Positions 10,735 to 18,956 of a stretch of 32,000 nucleotides of DNA are shown piece by piece (positions within the stretch are counted from its first letter, which is position 1; each line of letters begins with the position of its first letter). The DNA is from Rhodobacter capsulatus SB 1003. Its GTDB lineage: Bacteria; Pseudomonadota; Alphaproteobacteria; Rhodobacterales; Rhodobacteraceae. The position numbers were made by a program, and so were the translations under genes. A model generated the notes under the pieces. That model was given only the letters and a program-made list of their open reading frames with translations. It was not told the DNA's origin and made no database searches. The stretch covers positions 540,001 through 572,000 of the forward strand of contig NC_014034.1 of NCBI RefSeq assembly GCF_000021865.1. The letters are read 5' to 3'.

Positions 10735-12180
10735 TTACAGGCTGTCGCCGAAATCGGCGCGGAACTTCGCCGCCAGTTTCTGCTGCCAGTCGCCCACCGG
10801 ATCGAGCCGCCCGTAGAAGAAGCGCAGGATTTCCGGTTCCTCGACAAAGACCAGCCCGCCCACCAGATCGCGGTTCTGATAAAGCCAGTCGATCCGGTCG
10901 ATGGCATATTTGACCTGAGACAGCGTGAAGACGCGCCGCGGCATCGCGAGGCGCAACAGCTCCATGTTGGAATAGACCTCCGTGCCGTCGGGGTTGCGCT
11001 GTTCCGACAGCGAGCCGCGCTCCATCCCGCGGATGCCCGACGCGATGAACAGCGCCGAGGCCAGCGCCCCGGCCGGATATTGCGCCTGCGGGATATGCGG
11101 CAGGAAGCGCATCACGTCGATATGGCAGCCCAGCCCCCCGGGCGGGGTGATGACGGGCACGCCGCGCTTGTCGAGTTCGCGCACCATGTAATCGATGAAG
11201 AGCGGCCCTTGCGAAATCATGTCCACGTCCATGGTTTCTTCAAGCCCCACGGTCAGCGCCTCGATTTCGCGCACCGACATGCCGCCATAGGTCAAAAAGC
11301 CCTCGTAAAGCGGCACCAGCACCCGCATCTTGCGGTAAAGCGCCTCGGAGCGGATGCAGATGGCGCCGCCCCGCGCACAGCCCAGTTTGCGCGCCGAGAA
11401 ATAGATCACGTCGCACAGATCGGCGATCTGCCGGGTGATCTCGGCAATGCTCAGATCCTTGCAGCTTTCCTCGCGGGTCTTGTTGAACCACAGGTTGTCG
11501 GCCAGAAGCGAGGCATCCAGAACGAAGATCATCCCGTGCCTGTCGCAGGCGGCGCGGATTTCGCGCAGGTTGGCAAGCGAGATCGGCTGCCCGCCGATCA
11601 GGTTCGTCCCCGCCTCCATCCGCACGAAGGCGATCTTCTGCGCGCCATGGGTGGCCACCAGCGCCTCGAGCTTGGCAATGTCCATGTCGCCCTTGAACGG
11701 ATGGGTCGAGGTGACCTCGAGGCCGCGGTCATGGGGGATTTCCTCGACCGTGCCGCCGTTCAGAACGATATGCGCCTTGGTGGTGGTGAAATGGTAGTTC
11801 ATCGGCACGATCGTGCCCGGCTTCACCAGCACCTGGGACAGGATGTTTTCGCAGGCGCGGCCCTGGTGGGTGGGCAGGATGAAGTCCATCCCGAAAAGCT
11901 CGACGAGCTTCGCCGCGAATTTCTCGTAGGTGGCGGATCCGGCATAGCTGTCGTCGGCGACCATCATCGCCGCCATCTGCCGGTCGGACATCGCGTTGAC
12001 GCCGCTGTCGGTCAGCATGTCCATGAAGATATCGCGGTTTTGCAGCAGGAAGGTGTTGTTGCCCGCCGCGGCGATGGCTTTCAGCCGCTCCTCGATCGGC
12101 GCAAGGGTGAGCTTTTGCACCACCCGCACCTTGTGCATTTCCAGCGGCACGGTCTCGCCGCCAAAGAATTTCACGACCAT
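10735..12180 (-). CDS. PLP-dependent beta-eliminating lyase, tryptophanase / tyrosine phenol-lyase family
   Basis: 481 aa from the ATG at 12180, which has a GGAGGAAGAG SD. The protein is collinear with TnaA/TPL: NTFLLQNRDIFMDMLTDSGVNAMSDRQMAAMM, YAGSATYEKF, ILPTHQGRACENIL, NYHFTTTKAH, the PLP-lysine region FSARKLG, and LRLAMPRRVFTLSQVKY. Substrate cannot be assigned from sequence alone. Confidence 0.85.
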   Translation of the reverse strand: MVVKFFGGETVPLEMHKVRVVQKLTLAPIEERLKAIAAAGNNTFLLQNRDIFMDMLTDSGVNAMSDRQMAAMMVADDSYAGSATYEKFAAKLVELFGMDFILPTHQGRACENILSQVLVKPGTIVPMNYHFTTTKAHIVLNGGTVEEIPHDRGLEVTSTHPFKGDMDIAKLEALVATHGAQKIAFVRMEAGTNLIGGQPISLANLREIRAACDRHGMIFVLDASLLADNLWFNKTREESCKDLSIAEITRQIADLCDVIYFSARKLGCARGGAICIRSEALYRKMRVLVPLYEGFLTYGGMSVREIEALTVGLEETMDVDMISQGPLFIDYMVRELDKRGVPVITPPGGLGCHIDVMRFLPHIPQAQYPAGALASALFIASGIRGMERGSLSEQRNPDGTEVYSNMELLRLAMPRRVFTLSQVKYAIDRIDWLYQNRDLVGGLVFVEEPEILRFFYGRLDPVGDWQQKLAAKFRADFGDSL

Positions 12181-12346
12181 CTCTTCCTCCCCGGGCCGGT
12201 GGCCCTGTTTCCCGCGGCGATTGAGCGCCAGAGCGCGGCCGCGATCAATCCGCGGCGGCTGCGGCACAAGATCACGGCGGGGGGGCGCGGGCTCTGGCCT
12301 TCGGGGCGGCCTCGGCTTAGGCTGAGGGGGCAAGAAGGACCCGCCC

Positions 12347-12559
12347 ATGCCCAAACGCCTGCGCCTGACGCGCCGCTTTCCGGTCTCGATGACGAATGAC
12401 GCTTACCGCATGCTGCACCGCTTCGCCGCGGAAGCCGGGCTGAGCCCGGACGAGGCCTTGTGCTTCCTCTTCGAGCATTTCAACTCGGTGACGCATCCCG
12501 AGAACCTGACCGTGCGGCTGCGGCTGTTCAAGGCGGAACTCGAGGATCGCAAAGCCTGA
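12347..12559 (+). CDS. Small ribbon-helix-helix (CopG/Arc/MetJ-like) protein, putative DNA-binding regulator or orphan antitoxin-like protein
   Basis: 70 aa with an AAGGA SD 8 nt upstream and strong GC3 bias. RFPVSMTNDAYRMLHRFAAEAGLSPDEALCFLFEHF fits a beta-strand/helix/helix RHH pattern. It is divergent from the lyase gene. Confidence 0.6.
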   Translation: MPKRLRLTRRFPVSMTNDAYRMLHRFAAEAGLSPDEALCFLFEHFNSVTHPENLTVRLRLFKAELEDRKA

Positions 12560-12582
12560 GGGCGCGCCGGGGGCCGGTGTCG

Positions 12583-12804
12583 GCAAGGGCGTATTTGGAC
12601 CAAGAAGAAACGGCAATCGCAAGGGCGGGTGCGCCCCGGCTGACGGAGGTCACTCAAGCCTCTGAGGAAGGTCATTCCCCGCGCCGGGGCGGCTTCTCCT
12701 TGGGCGGTCATCGGCTCGCCAGCCTGTACCGCATGCCCAGCTTGGCAGGGCATGGTTAACAAAAGATTGCGCTGTTTCTTCTTGGCGCAAATACGCCCCT
12801 TTGC
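12583..12804. repeat. Long-form copy of a palindromic intergenic repeat: MITE-like element with ~27-30-bp terminal inverted repeats around a ~158-bp non-coding core
   Basis: The left arm is GCAAGGGCGTATTTGGACCAAGAAGAAACGG (from 12583). The right arm is CTGTTTCTTCTTGGCGCAAATACGCCCCTTTGC (to 12804). 25 of 27 arm positions can pair, and the arms are homologous to the arms of the copies at 18957 and 25239. Confidence 0.8.
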
Positions 12805-12950
12805 GACCTCTCCTCTGCGGGCCTGTCGTGACGTTGCGCCACTTTGTCGCCAGGCTACTTACGCGCACGTCAATTCGTTGCAATATGTCTGGCGACGCGG
12901 GGATCCCGCGACGGGAGCAGGCCCGGCCTCGTCCGGGCAGAGGAGGATCG

Positions 12951-14162
12951 ATGACCGAAGCCTATATCTATGACGCCTGCCGCACGCCGCGGGGCAAGGG
13001 GCGCGCTGACGGCAGCCTGCATGAAGTGACCTCTGTCGCGCTGTCGGCGCGGCTTCTGGATGCGGTGGCGGAACGCAATGGCCTGACGGGTCCTGCGGTC
13101 GAGGATGTGATCTGGGGCAATGTCACCCAGGTGGGCGAGCAGGGCGGCTGTCTGGCCCGGTCTGCGGTGCTGCTTTCGGGGCTCGATGAATCGATCCCCG
13201 GTCTTTCGATCAACCGCTTTTGCGCCAGCGGCATGGAGGCGGTGAACCTGGCCGCCAATCAGGTCAAGGCGGGGGCGGGCGCGGCCTATATCGCGGGCGG
13301 GGTCGAGATGATGAGCCGCGTTGCCATGGGCTCGGACGGGGCGGCGATCGCCGTCGATCCGTCGCTTGCGATGAAGACCTATTTCGTGCCGCAGGGGATT
13401 TCCGCCGATATCATCGCCACCGAATACGGGTTTACCCGCGAGATGGCCGATGCGCTGGCGGTCGAAAGCCAGCGCCGCGCCGCCGAGGCCTGGGCCGAGG
13501 GGCGTTTCGCGAAATCCATCGTGCCGGTGAAGGATCAGAACGGGCTGACGATTCTGGACCGCGACGAATATCTGCGCCCCGGCACGACGCTGGAGGATCT
13601 GGCCAAGCTCAAGCCCGCCTTCAAGGACATGGGCGAGGTGATGCCGGGCTTCGACAAGGTGGCGATGCTGAAATATCCGCATCTGGAGCGCATCGAGCAT
13701 ATCCACCATGCGGGGAACTCTTCGGGCATCGTCGATGGGGCGGCGGCGGTGCTGATCGGCTCGAAGGAGTTCGGCGAGGCGCATGGGTTGAAGCCGCGCG
13801 CCCGCATCCGCGCCACCGCGAAGATCGGCACCGATCCGACGATCATGCTGACCGGCCCGGTGCCCGTCACCGAAAAGATCCTGCGCGACAGCGGCATGAG
13901 CATTGCCGACATCGACCTTTTCGAAGTGAACGAGGCCTTTGCCGCAGTTGTTCTGCGCTTCATGCAGGCCTTTGACGTCGGTCAGGACCGGGTCAACGTG
14001 AACGGCGGCGCGATGGCGCTGGGTCATCCCTTGGGCGCGACGGGGGCGATCATCATCGGCACGCTGCTGGACGAGCTGGAACGCCGCGATCTGTCCACCG
14101 GGCTTGCGACGCTCTGCATCGCTTCCGGCATGGGCGCGGCCACGATCATCGAGAGGGTCTGA
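12951..14162 (+). CDS. Acetyl-CoA C-acyltransferase (3-ketoacyl-CoA thiolase, FadA-like)
   Basis: 403 aa from the ATG at 12951, which has an AGGAGGA SD. Thiolase motifs are present: NRFCASGMEAV (active-site Cys), NEAFAAVVL, GGAMALGHPLGATGA and LCIASGMGAA. Confidence 0.92.
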   Translation: MTEAYIYDACRTPRGKGRADGSLHEVTSVALSARLLDAVAERNGLTGPAVEDVIWGNVTQVGEQGGCLARSAVLLSGLDESIPGLSINRFCASGMEAVNLAANQVKAGAGAAYIAGGVEMMSRVAMGSDGAAIAVDPSLAMKTYFVPQGISADIIATEYGFTREMADALAVESQRRAAEAWAEGRFAKSIVPVKDQNGLTILDRDEYLRPGTTLEDLAKLKPAFKDMGEVMPGFDKVAMLKYPHLERIEHIHHAGNSSGIVDGAAAVLIGSKEFGEAHGLKPRARIRATAKIGTDPTIMLTGPVPVTEKILRDSGMSIADIDLFEVNEAFAAVVLRFMQAFDVGQDRVNVNGGAMALGHPLGATGAIIIGTLLDELERRDLSTGLATLCIASGMGAATIIERV

Positions 14163-14659
14163 TGCCGAAGCTCGACCTTGCCCGGGCGCCGGTCAAGACC
14201 GGCTCGATCTACCCCGCGCCTTACGCGGCACAGATGGCCGGGCGGTCCTCGATCCGGCTGGGTGATCTGGCCGGGCTGACGCAATTCGGCGTCAATATCG
14301 TGACGCTGGAACCGGGCGCCGCGGCGTCCTTGCGGCACTGGCACCTGCGCGAGGATGAATTCGCGATGGTGCTCGAAGGCCGTCTGACGCTGATCGAGGA
14401 CGCGGGCGAGACCGAGATGCACCCGGGCGATTGCGCGGCGTGGAAGGCCGGGGTGGCGAACGGGCATCGCTTCGTCAACCGCGCCGACGCGCCCGGGAAA
14501 TTTCTGGTCGTCGGGACCAAGGCCGCCGAGGAGGTGGCGACCTATTCCGACGTCGACATGCAGATTCACATTGCGGGCGGCAAGGCCCGCTTCACCTACC
14601 ATGACGGCAGCGACTGGGCGGGCCCCCGCGACCTTGCGCCGAAGGGAGAGAGCAAATGA
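14162..14659 (+). CDS. Cupin-domain protein embedded in the beta-oxidation operon
   Basis: 165 aa. Cupin motif 1 is LRHWHLREDEFAMVLEG and motif 2 is GDCAAWKAGVANGHRFVN. Its start overlaps the thiolase stop (TGATG at 14160-14164) and its stop overlaps the next start (ATGA at 14656-14659). Confidence 0.8.
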   Translation: MPKLDLARAPVKTGSIYPAPYAAQMAGRSSIRLGDLAGLTQFGVNIVTLEPGAAASLRHWHLREDEFAMVLEGRLTLIEDAGETEMHPGDCAAWKAGVANGHRFVNRADAPGKFLVVGTKAAEEVATYSDVDMQIHIAGGKARFTYHDGSDWAGPRDLAPKGESK

Positions 14660-16842
14660 CCGATTTCACCTGTGATCTGGGCGCCGATGGCGTGGCCGTC
14701 ATCACCTGGGACGTGCCCGGCAAGTCGATGAACGTGATGAGCCTTGAGGGCTTTGCCCAGCTCAGCGCGCTTGTCGACGGCTGTCTGGCCGATCCCGCCT
14801 GCAAGGGCATCGTGCTGACCAGCGGCAAGAAGGATTTCGCCGGTGGCATGGATCTGAACGTCATTGCCAAGATGCGCGAAGGCGGGGCGGAGGCGATCTT
14901 TGCAGGCGTGATGCAGATGCATGCCGTGCTGCGCAAGATCGAACGCGCCGGGATGGACCCGAAGACGCTGAAAGGGGGCAAGCCGATCGCCTGCGTCCTG
15001 CCGGGCACGGCGCTGGGCATCGGGCTTGAGCTGCCGCTGTCGTGCCACCGCATCTTTGCCGCCGAGAATCCGAAGGCGAAGATCGGCCTGCCGGAAATCA
15101 TGGTCGGCATCTTCCCCGGCGCGGGCGGCACGACGCGGCTGGTGCGGAAGATGGGCGCGATGATGGCGGCGCCGTTCCTCTTGGAAGGCAAGCTCTCCGA
15201 CCCGAAAGCCGCGAAAGCGGCGGGGATCATCGACGAGGTCTCCGCCGATCCGATGGCCGCCGCGCGGGACTGGGTCTTGAACGCGACCGAGGCCGATCTG
15301 GTCAAGCCCTGGGATGCCAAGGGCTACAAGATGCCCGGCGGCGCCCCCTATCACCCCGCGGGTTTCATGACCTATGTCGGCGCTTCCGCCATGGTGTCGG
15401 CGAAGACGATGGGGGTCTATCCGGCCGCCAAGGCGCTGCTGAGCGCGGTCTATGAAGGGGCGCTCGTGCCCTTTGATCAGGCGCTGCGGATCGAGGCGCG
15501 CTGGTTCACCAAGGTGCTGATGAACCCGTCCTCGACGGCGATGATCCGGTCGCTTTTCATCAACAAGGAAGCGCTGGAAAAAGGCGCGAACCGGCCCAAG
15601 GTCGCCGATCAGTCGGTGAAGAAGCTGGGCGTTCTGGGCGCGGGCATGATGGGGGCGGGCATCGCCTATGTGTCGGCCAATGCGGGCATCGAAGTGGTGC
15701 TGATCGACGCCAGCCAGGAGGCGGCCGAGCGGGGCAAGGCCTATGCGACCGGCATCCTCGACAAGGGCATCCAAAGGCGCAAGGTGACCGAGGCGAAAAA
15801 GGCCGAGGTTCTGGGCCGCATCACCGCCACCACCGATTACGCGGCGCTCGCGGGCTGCGATCTGGTCGTGGAAGCCGTCTTCGAAGACCCGGCCGTCAAG
15901 GCCGAGGTGACGGCGAAGGCCGAGGCGGTGATCCCCGAGACCGCGATCTTTGCCACCAACACCTCGACCCTGCCGATTTCGGGTCTGGCCAAGGCCAGCC
16001 AACGCCCGGCGCATTTCATCGGCATCCATTTCTTCAGCCCGGTCGACAAGATGAACCTTGTCGAGATCATCAAGGGCAAGGACACCGGCGAGGTCGCCGT
16101 GGCAAAGGCGCTCGATTTCGTCCGCGCCATCCGCAAGACGCCCATCGTCGTCAATGACGCCCGCTTCTTCTACGCCAACCGCTGCATCATCCCCTATATC
16201 AACGAGGGCATCCGCATGGTGGCCGAGGGGGTGAACCCGGTCCTGATCGAGAATGCGGCGAAGCTGGTCGGCATGCCGCTCGGTCCGCTGCAGCTGGTCG
16301 ATGAAACCTCGATCGATCTCGGCGTGAAGATCGCCAAGGCGACCAAGGCCGCGATGGGCGAGGCCTATCCCGACGGCGCGGTCGATGCGGTGGTGTTCTG
16401 GATGGCGGAACAGGGGCGGCTTGGCAAAAAGGCCGATGCGGGCTTCTACACCTACGACGCGGGCAAGCGCGGCGGCATGTGGGAGGGGCTTGCGGCGCAG
16501 TATCCTCGCGCGGCGGCGCAACCCGAGCTGAGCCATGTGCAGCATCGGCTGCTGATGGTGCAGGTGCTGGAGGCCGTGCGCGCCTTTGAACAGGGCGTCC
16601 TGACCGATATCCGCGAAGGCGATGTCGGCGCGATCCTGGGCTGGGGCTTTGCGCCCTGGTCGGGCGGCCCCTTCGCCTGGCTCGACATTCTGGGCGCGGC
16701 CCGGGCGGTCGAGATCTGCGACGCGCTCTCGGCCCGATACGGCGCCCGCTTCGAGACCCCGGCGCTCTTGCGCGACATCGCCGCCAAGGGCGACAGTTTC
16801 CACGCCCGTTTCGGCGGCGGCGCGGCGGCGAAAGCGGCCTGA
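14656..16842 (+). CDS. Multifunctional fatty-acid oxidation enzyme: enoyl-CoA hydratase / 3-hydroxyacyl-CoA dehydrogenase (FadB/FadJ-like)
   Basis: 728 aa. It has an N-terminal crotonase fold (KGIVLTSGKKDFAGGMDL, PEIMVGIFPGAGGTTRL), a central NAD-binding motif (LGVLGAGMMGAGIAYV) and the HAD signature (HFFSPVDKMNLVEII). Confidence 0.92.
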   Translation: MTDFTCDLGADGVAVITWDVPGKSMNVMSLEGFAQLSALVDGCLADPACKGIVLTSGKKDFAGGMDLNVIAKMREGGAEAIFAGVMQMHAVLRKIERAGMDPKTLKGGKPIACVLPGTALGIGLELPLSCHRIFAAENPKAKIGLPEIMVGIFPGAGGTTRLVRKMGAMMAAPFLLEGKLSDPKAAKAAGIIDEVSADPMAAARDWVLNATEADLVKPWDAKGYKMPGGAPYHPAGFMTYVGASAMVSAKTMGVYPAAKALLSAVYEGALVPFDQALRIEARWFTKVLMNPSSTAMIRSLFINKEALEKGANRPKVADQSVKKLGVLGAGMMGAGIAYVSANAGIEVVLIDASQEAAERGKAYATGILDKGIQRRKVTEAKKAEVLGRITATTDYAALAGCDLVVEAVFEDPAVKAEVTAKAEAVIPETAIFATNTSTLPISGLAKASQRPAHFIGIHFFSPVDKMNLVEIIKGKDTGEVAVAKALDFVRAIRKTPIVVNDARFFYANRCIIPYINEGIRMVAEGVNPVLIENAAKLVGMPLGPLQLVDETSIDLGVKIAKATKAAMGEAYPDGAVDAVVFWMAEQGRLGKKADAGFYTYDAGKRGGMWEGLAAQYPRAAAQPELSHVQHRLLMVQVLEAVRAFEQGVLTDIREGDVGAILGWGFAPWSGGPFAWLDILGAARAVEICDALSARYGARFETPALLRDIAAKGDSFHARFGGGAAAKAA

Positions 16843-16862
16843 GCGAAACGAAAACGCGACCG

Positions 16863-16897
16863 GGGGCGGTGCCGCGGGCATCGCCCCTTTTCCTTTC
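16863..16897 (+). terminator. Rho-independent terminator of the thiolase-cupin-FadB operon
   Basis: GGGGCGGUGCC-GCG-GGCAUCGCCCC forms an 11-bp stem with one G-U pair, followed by UUUUCCUUUC. It starts 21 nt after the stop codon. Confidence 0.75.
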
Positions 16898-16935
16898 GCC
16901 CGGCACGTCCTAGCTTTGCGTCAAAGGAGTTCCGC

Positions 16936-18951
16936 ATGACAAATCCCGTTCTGGCCGAGGGCCTTGGCCCTTTCGCGCTGCCCGATTTCGCCGCGATCAC
17001 CGATGCCGATTTCGGCCCGGCCTTTGAAACCGCGCTGACCGAAGCCCGCGCGAAGATTGCCGCCATCGCCACCAACCCGCAGCCGCCGAGTTTCGCCAAT
17101 ACGATCGAAGCGCTGGAAATGGCCGAAGCCCTGCTCGACCGGGTGGCGGGGATTTTCTACAACCTCTCGGGCGCCGACAGCACCCCCGCGCGCGAGGCGC
17201 TGATGCGCGATCTCGCGCCGAAAATGGCCGGTTTCGCCTCGGAAGTGACGATGAACCGGCCGCTCTTTGCCCGGATCGAAACGCTTTGGGCGACGCGCGG
17301 GGATCTGGATCTGAGCCCGGAACAGGCCCGGGTGCTGGAGCTTTATCACAAGATGTTCGTGCGCTCGGGCGCGGCGCTTGCGGGCGCGGATGCCGCGCGG
17401 ATGACCGAGATCAAGGAACGGCTGGCGGTTCTGTCCACGGCCTTTTCGCAGAACCTGTTGGCGGACGAACGCGACTGGTTCCGGCCCCTGACCGAGGACG
17501 AGCTGGAAGGCCTGCCCGAATTTGTCGTGGCCGCGGCCAAGGCGGCGGGGGTGGAGCGTGGGCAGGAGGGGCCGGTGCTGACGCTGAACCGCTCGCTGAT
17601 CGTGCCGTTCCTGCAGTTTTCGCCCCGCCGCGATCTGCGCGAACTGGCCTATGAGGCCTGGGTCGCCCGCGGCGCCAATGGCGGGGCGACCGACAACCGG
17701 CTGATTGCGGCGGAAATCCTGAACCTGCGCGAGGAACGGGCGAAGCTTCTGGGCTATGACAGTTTCGCCGCCTACAAGCTTGACCCCGAGATGGCGAAGA
17801 CGCCGGAAACTGTCCGCGATCTCCTGATGCGGGTCTGGACCCCGGCCAAGGCCGCGGCCGAGGCCGATGCGGCGAAACTGACCGCGATGATGCACGCGGA
17901 CGGCCTCAATGGCGATCTGGAGGCCTGGGACTGGCGCTATTATTCCGAAAAGCGCCGCGTGGCCGAGCATGATTTCGACGAGGCGGCGCTGAAACCCTAT
18001 CTCTCGCTCGATGCCATGCTGGCGGCGATGTTCGACACTGCGCACCGGCTTTTCGGGCTCGACTTCCGCCCGATCGAGGGGCCGTTCTATCACCCGGACG
18101 TGCGCGGCTGGGAAGTGAGCCGCAAGGGCCGCCACATCGCGGTGTTTCTGGGGGATTACTTCGCGCGGCCCTCGAAGCGTTCGGGCGCCTGGTGTTCGGC
18201 GATGCGGTCGCAAAAGAAGCTGGGCGGCGAGACGCGGCCGATCGTGGTCAATGTCTGCAACTTCGCCAAGGGCGATCCCTGCCTTTTGTCCTATGACGAT
18301 GCCCGGACACTTTTCCACGAATTCGGCCATGCCCTGCATCAGATGCTGTCCGATGTGACCTATCAATTCGTTTCGGGCACCTCGGTCGCGCGGGATTTCG
18401 TGGAACTGCCGAGCCAGCTTTACGAACACTGGCTGGAGGTGCCCGAGGTGCTGGAGCGGCACGCCCGCCATTGGCAAACGGGCGAAACGATGCCGAAAAC
18501 CCTGCGCGACAAGCTTTTGGCCGCGGCGACCTATGATCAGGGTTTCCTGACGGTCGAATTCGTCGCCTCGGCTCTGGTCGATCTCGCCTTCCACGAGGGC
18601 GCGGCCCCGGCCGATCCGATGGCATTGCAGGCGCAGGTTCTGGCCGAAATCGGCATGCCGAAAGCGATCCGGATGCGCCATGCGACGCCGCATTTCGGCC
18701 ATGTCTTCAGCGGCGACGGCTATTCCGCGGGCTATTACAGCTACATGTGGTCCGAGGTGATGGATGCCGACGCCTTCGCCGCCTTCGAGGAAACCGGCGA
18801 CGCTTTCGACCCGGCCACGGCCGAGCGGCTGGAACGCTGCATCCTCTCGGTGGGGGGATCGGTGCCCGCCGATGCGGCCTGGCTGGCCTTTCGCGGCAAG
18901 ACGCCCGGCGTCGAGGCGCTGCTGAAGGGCCGCGGCCTTTTGGAGGCCTGA
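16936..18951 (+). CDS. dcp: Peptidyl-dipeptidase Dcp (M3 family zinc metallopeptidase)
   Basis: 671 aa with an AAGGAG SD. The zinc site is HEFGHALH with a downstream E (FVELPSQLYEHW), and M3 family collinearity is seen (AYEAWVARG, NFAKG, YSAGYYSYMWSEVMDADAF). Confidence 0.9.
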   Translation: MTNPVLAEGLGPFALPDFAAITDADFGPAFETALTEARAKIAAIATNPQPPSFANTIEALEMAEALLDRVAGIFYNLSGADSTPAREALMRDLAPKMAGFASEVTMNRPLFARIETLWATRGDLDLSPEQARVLELYHKMFVRSGAALAGADAARMTEIKERLAVLSTAFSQNLLADERDWFRPLTEDELEGLPEFVVAAAKAAGVERGQEGPVLTLNRSLIVPFLQFSPRRDLRELAYEAWVARGANGGATDNRLIAAEILNLREERAKLLGYDSFAAYKLDPEMAKTPETVRDLLMRVWTPAKAAAEADAAKLTAMMHADGLNGDLEAWDWRYYSEKRRVAEHDFDEAALKPYLSLDAMLAAMFDTAHRLFGLDFRPIEGPFYHPDVRGWEVSRKGRHIAVFLGDYFARPSKRSGAWCSAMRSQKKLGGETRPIVVNVCNFAKGDPCLLSYDDARTLFHEFGHALHQMLSDVTYQFVSGTSVARDFVELPSQLYEHWLEVPEVLERHARHWQTGETMPKTLRDKLLAAATYDQGFLTVEFVASALVDLAFHEGAAPADPMALQAQVLAEIGMPKAIRMRHATPHFGHVFSGDGYSAGYYSYMWSEVMDADAFAAFEETGDAFDPATAERLERCILSVGGSVPADAAWLAFRGKTPGVEALLKGRGLLEA

Positions 18952-18956
18952 GAAAA

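Noticed and set aside
12181-12270. This is a possible TnaC-like leader peptide upstream of the lyase. It is a GTG-initiated ~35-codon frame containing Trp codons that ends overlapping the lyase start.
   Set aside because: It has no ATG and no SD in front of the GTG. The frame is G+C-rich and artefact-like, and it has no resemblance to TnaC. Nothing supports translation.
12460-12759. These are ORFs that read through the repeat elements (12460-12759, 12403-12762, 25148-25411, 18965-20593 N-terminus), which give recurring peptide fragments such as AYLDQE.
   Set aside because: The shared peptides arise in different frames and strands in different copies. Conservation follows the inverted-repeat arms rather than a reading frame, and loop regions are unrelated. 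I treat them as non-coding repeats.
14596-16881. This is a 761-aa minus-strand ORF. A similar 717-aa ORF lies at 16921-19074.
   Set aside because: They are antisense to the FadB-like and dcp genes respectively and have no recognisable motifs, so I treat them as GC-driven open frames.
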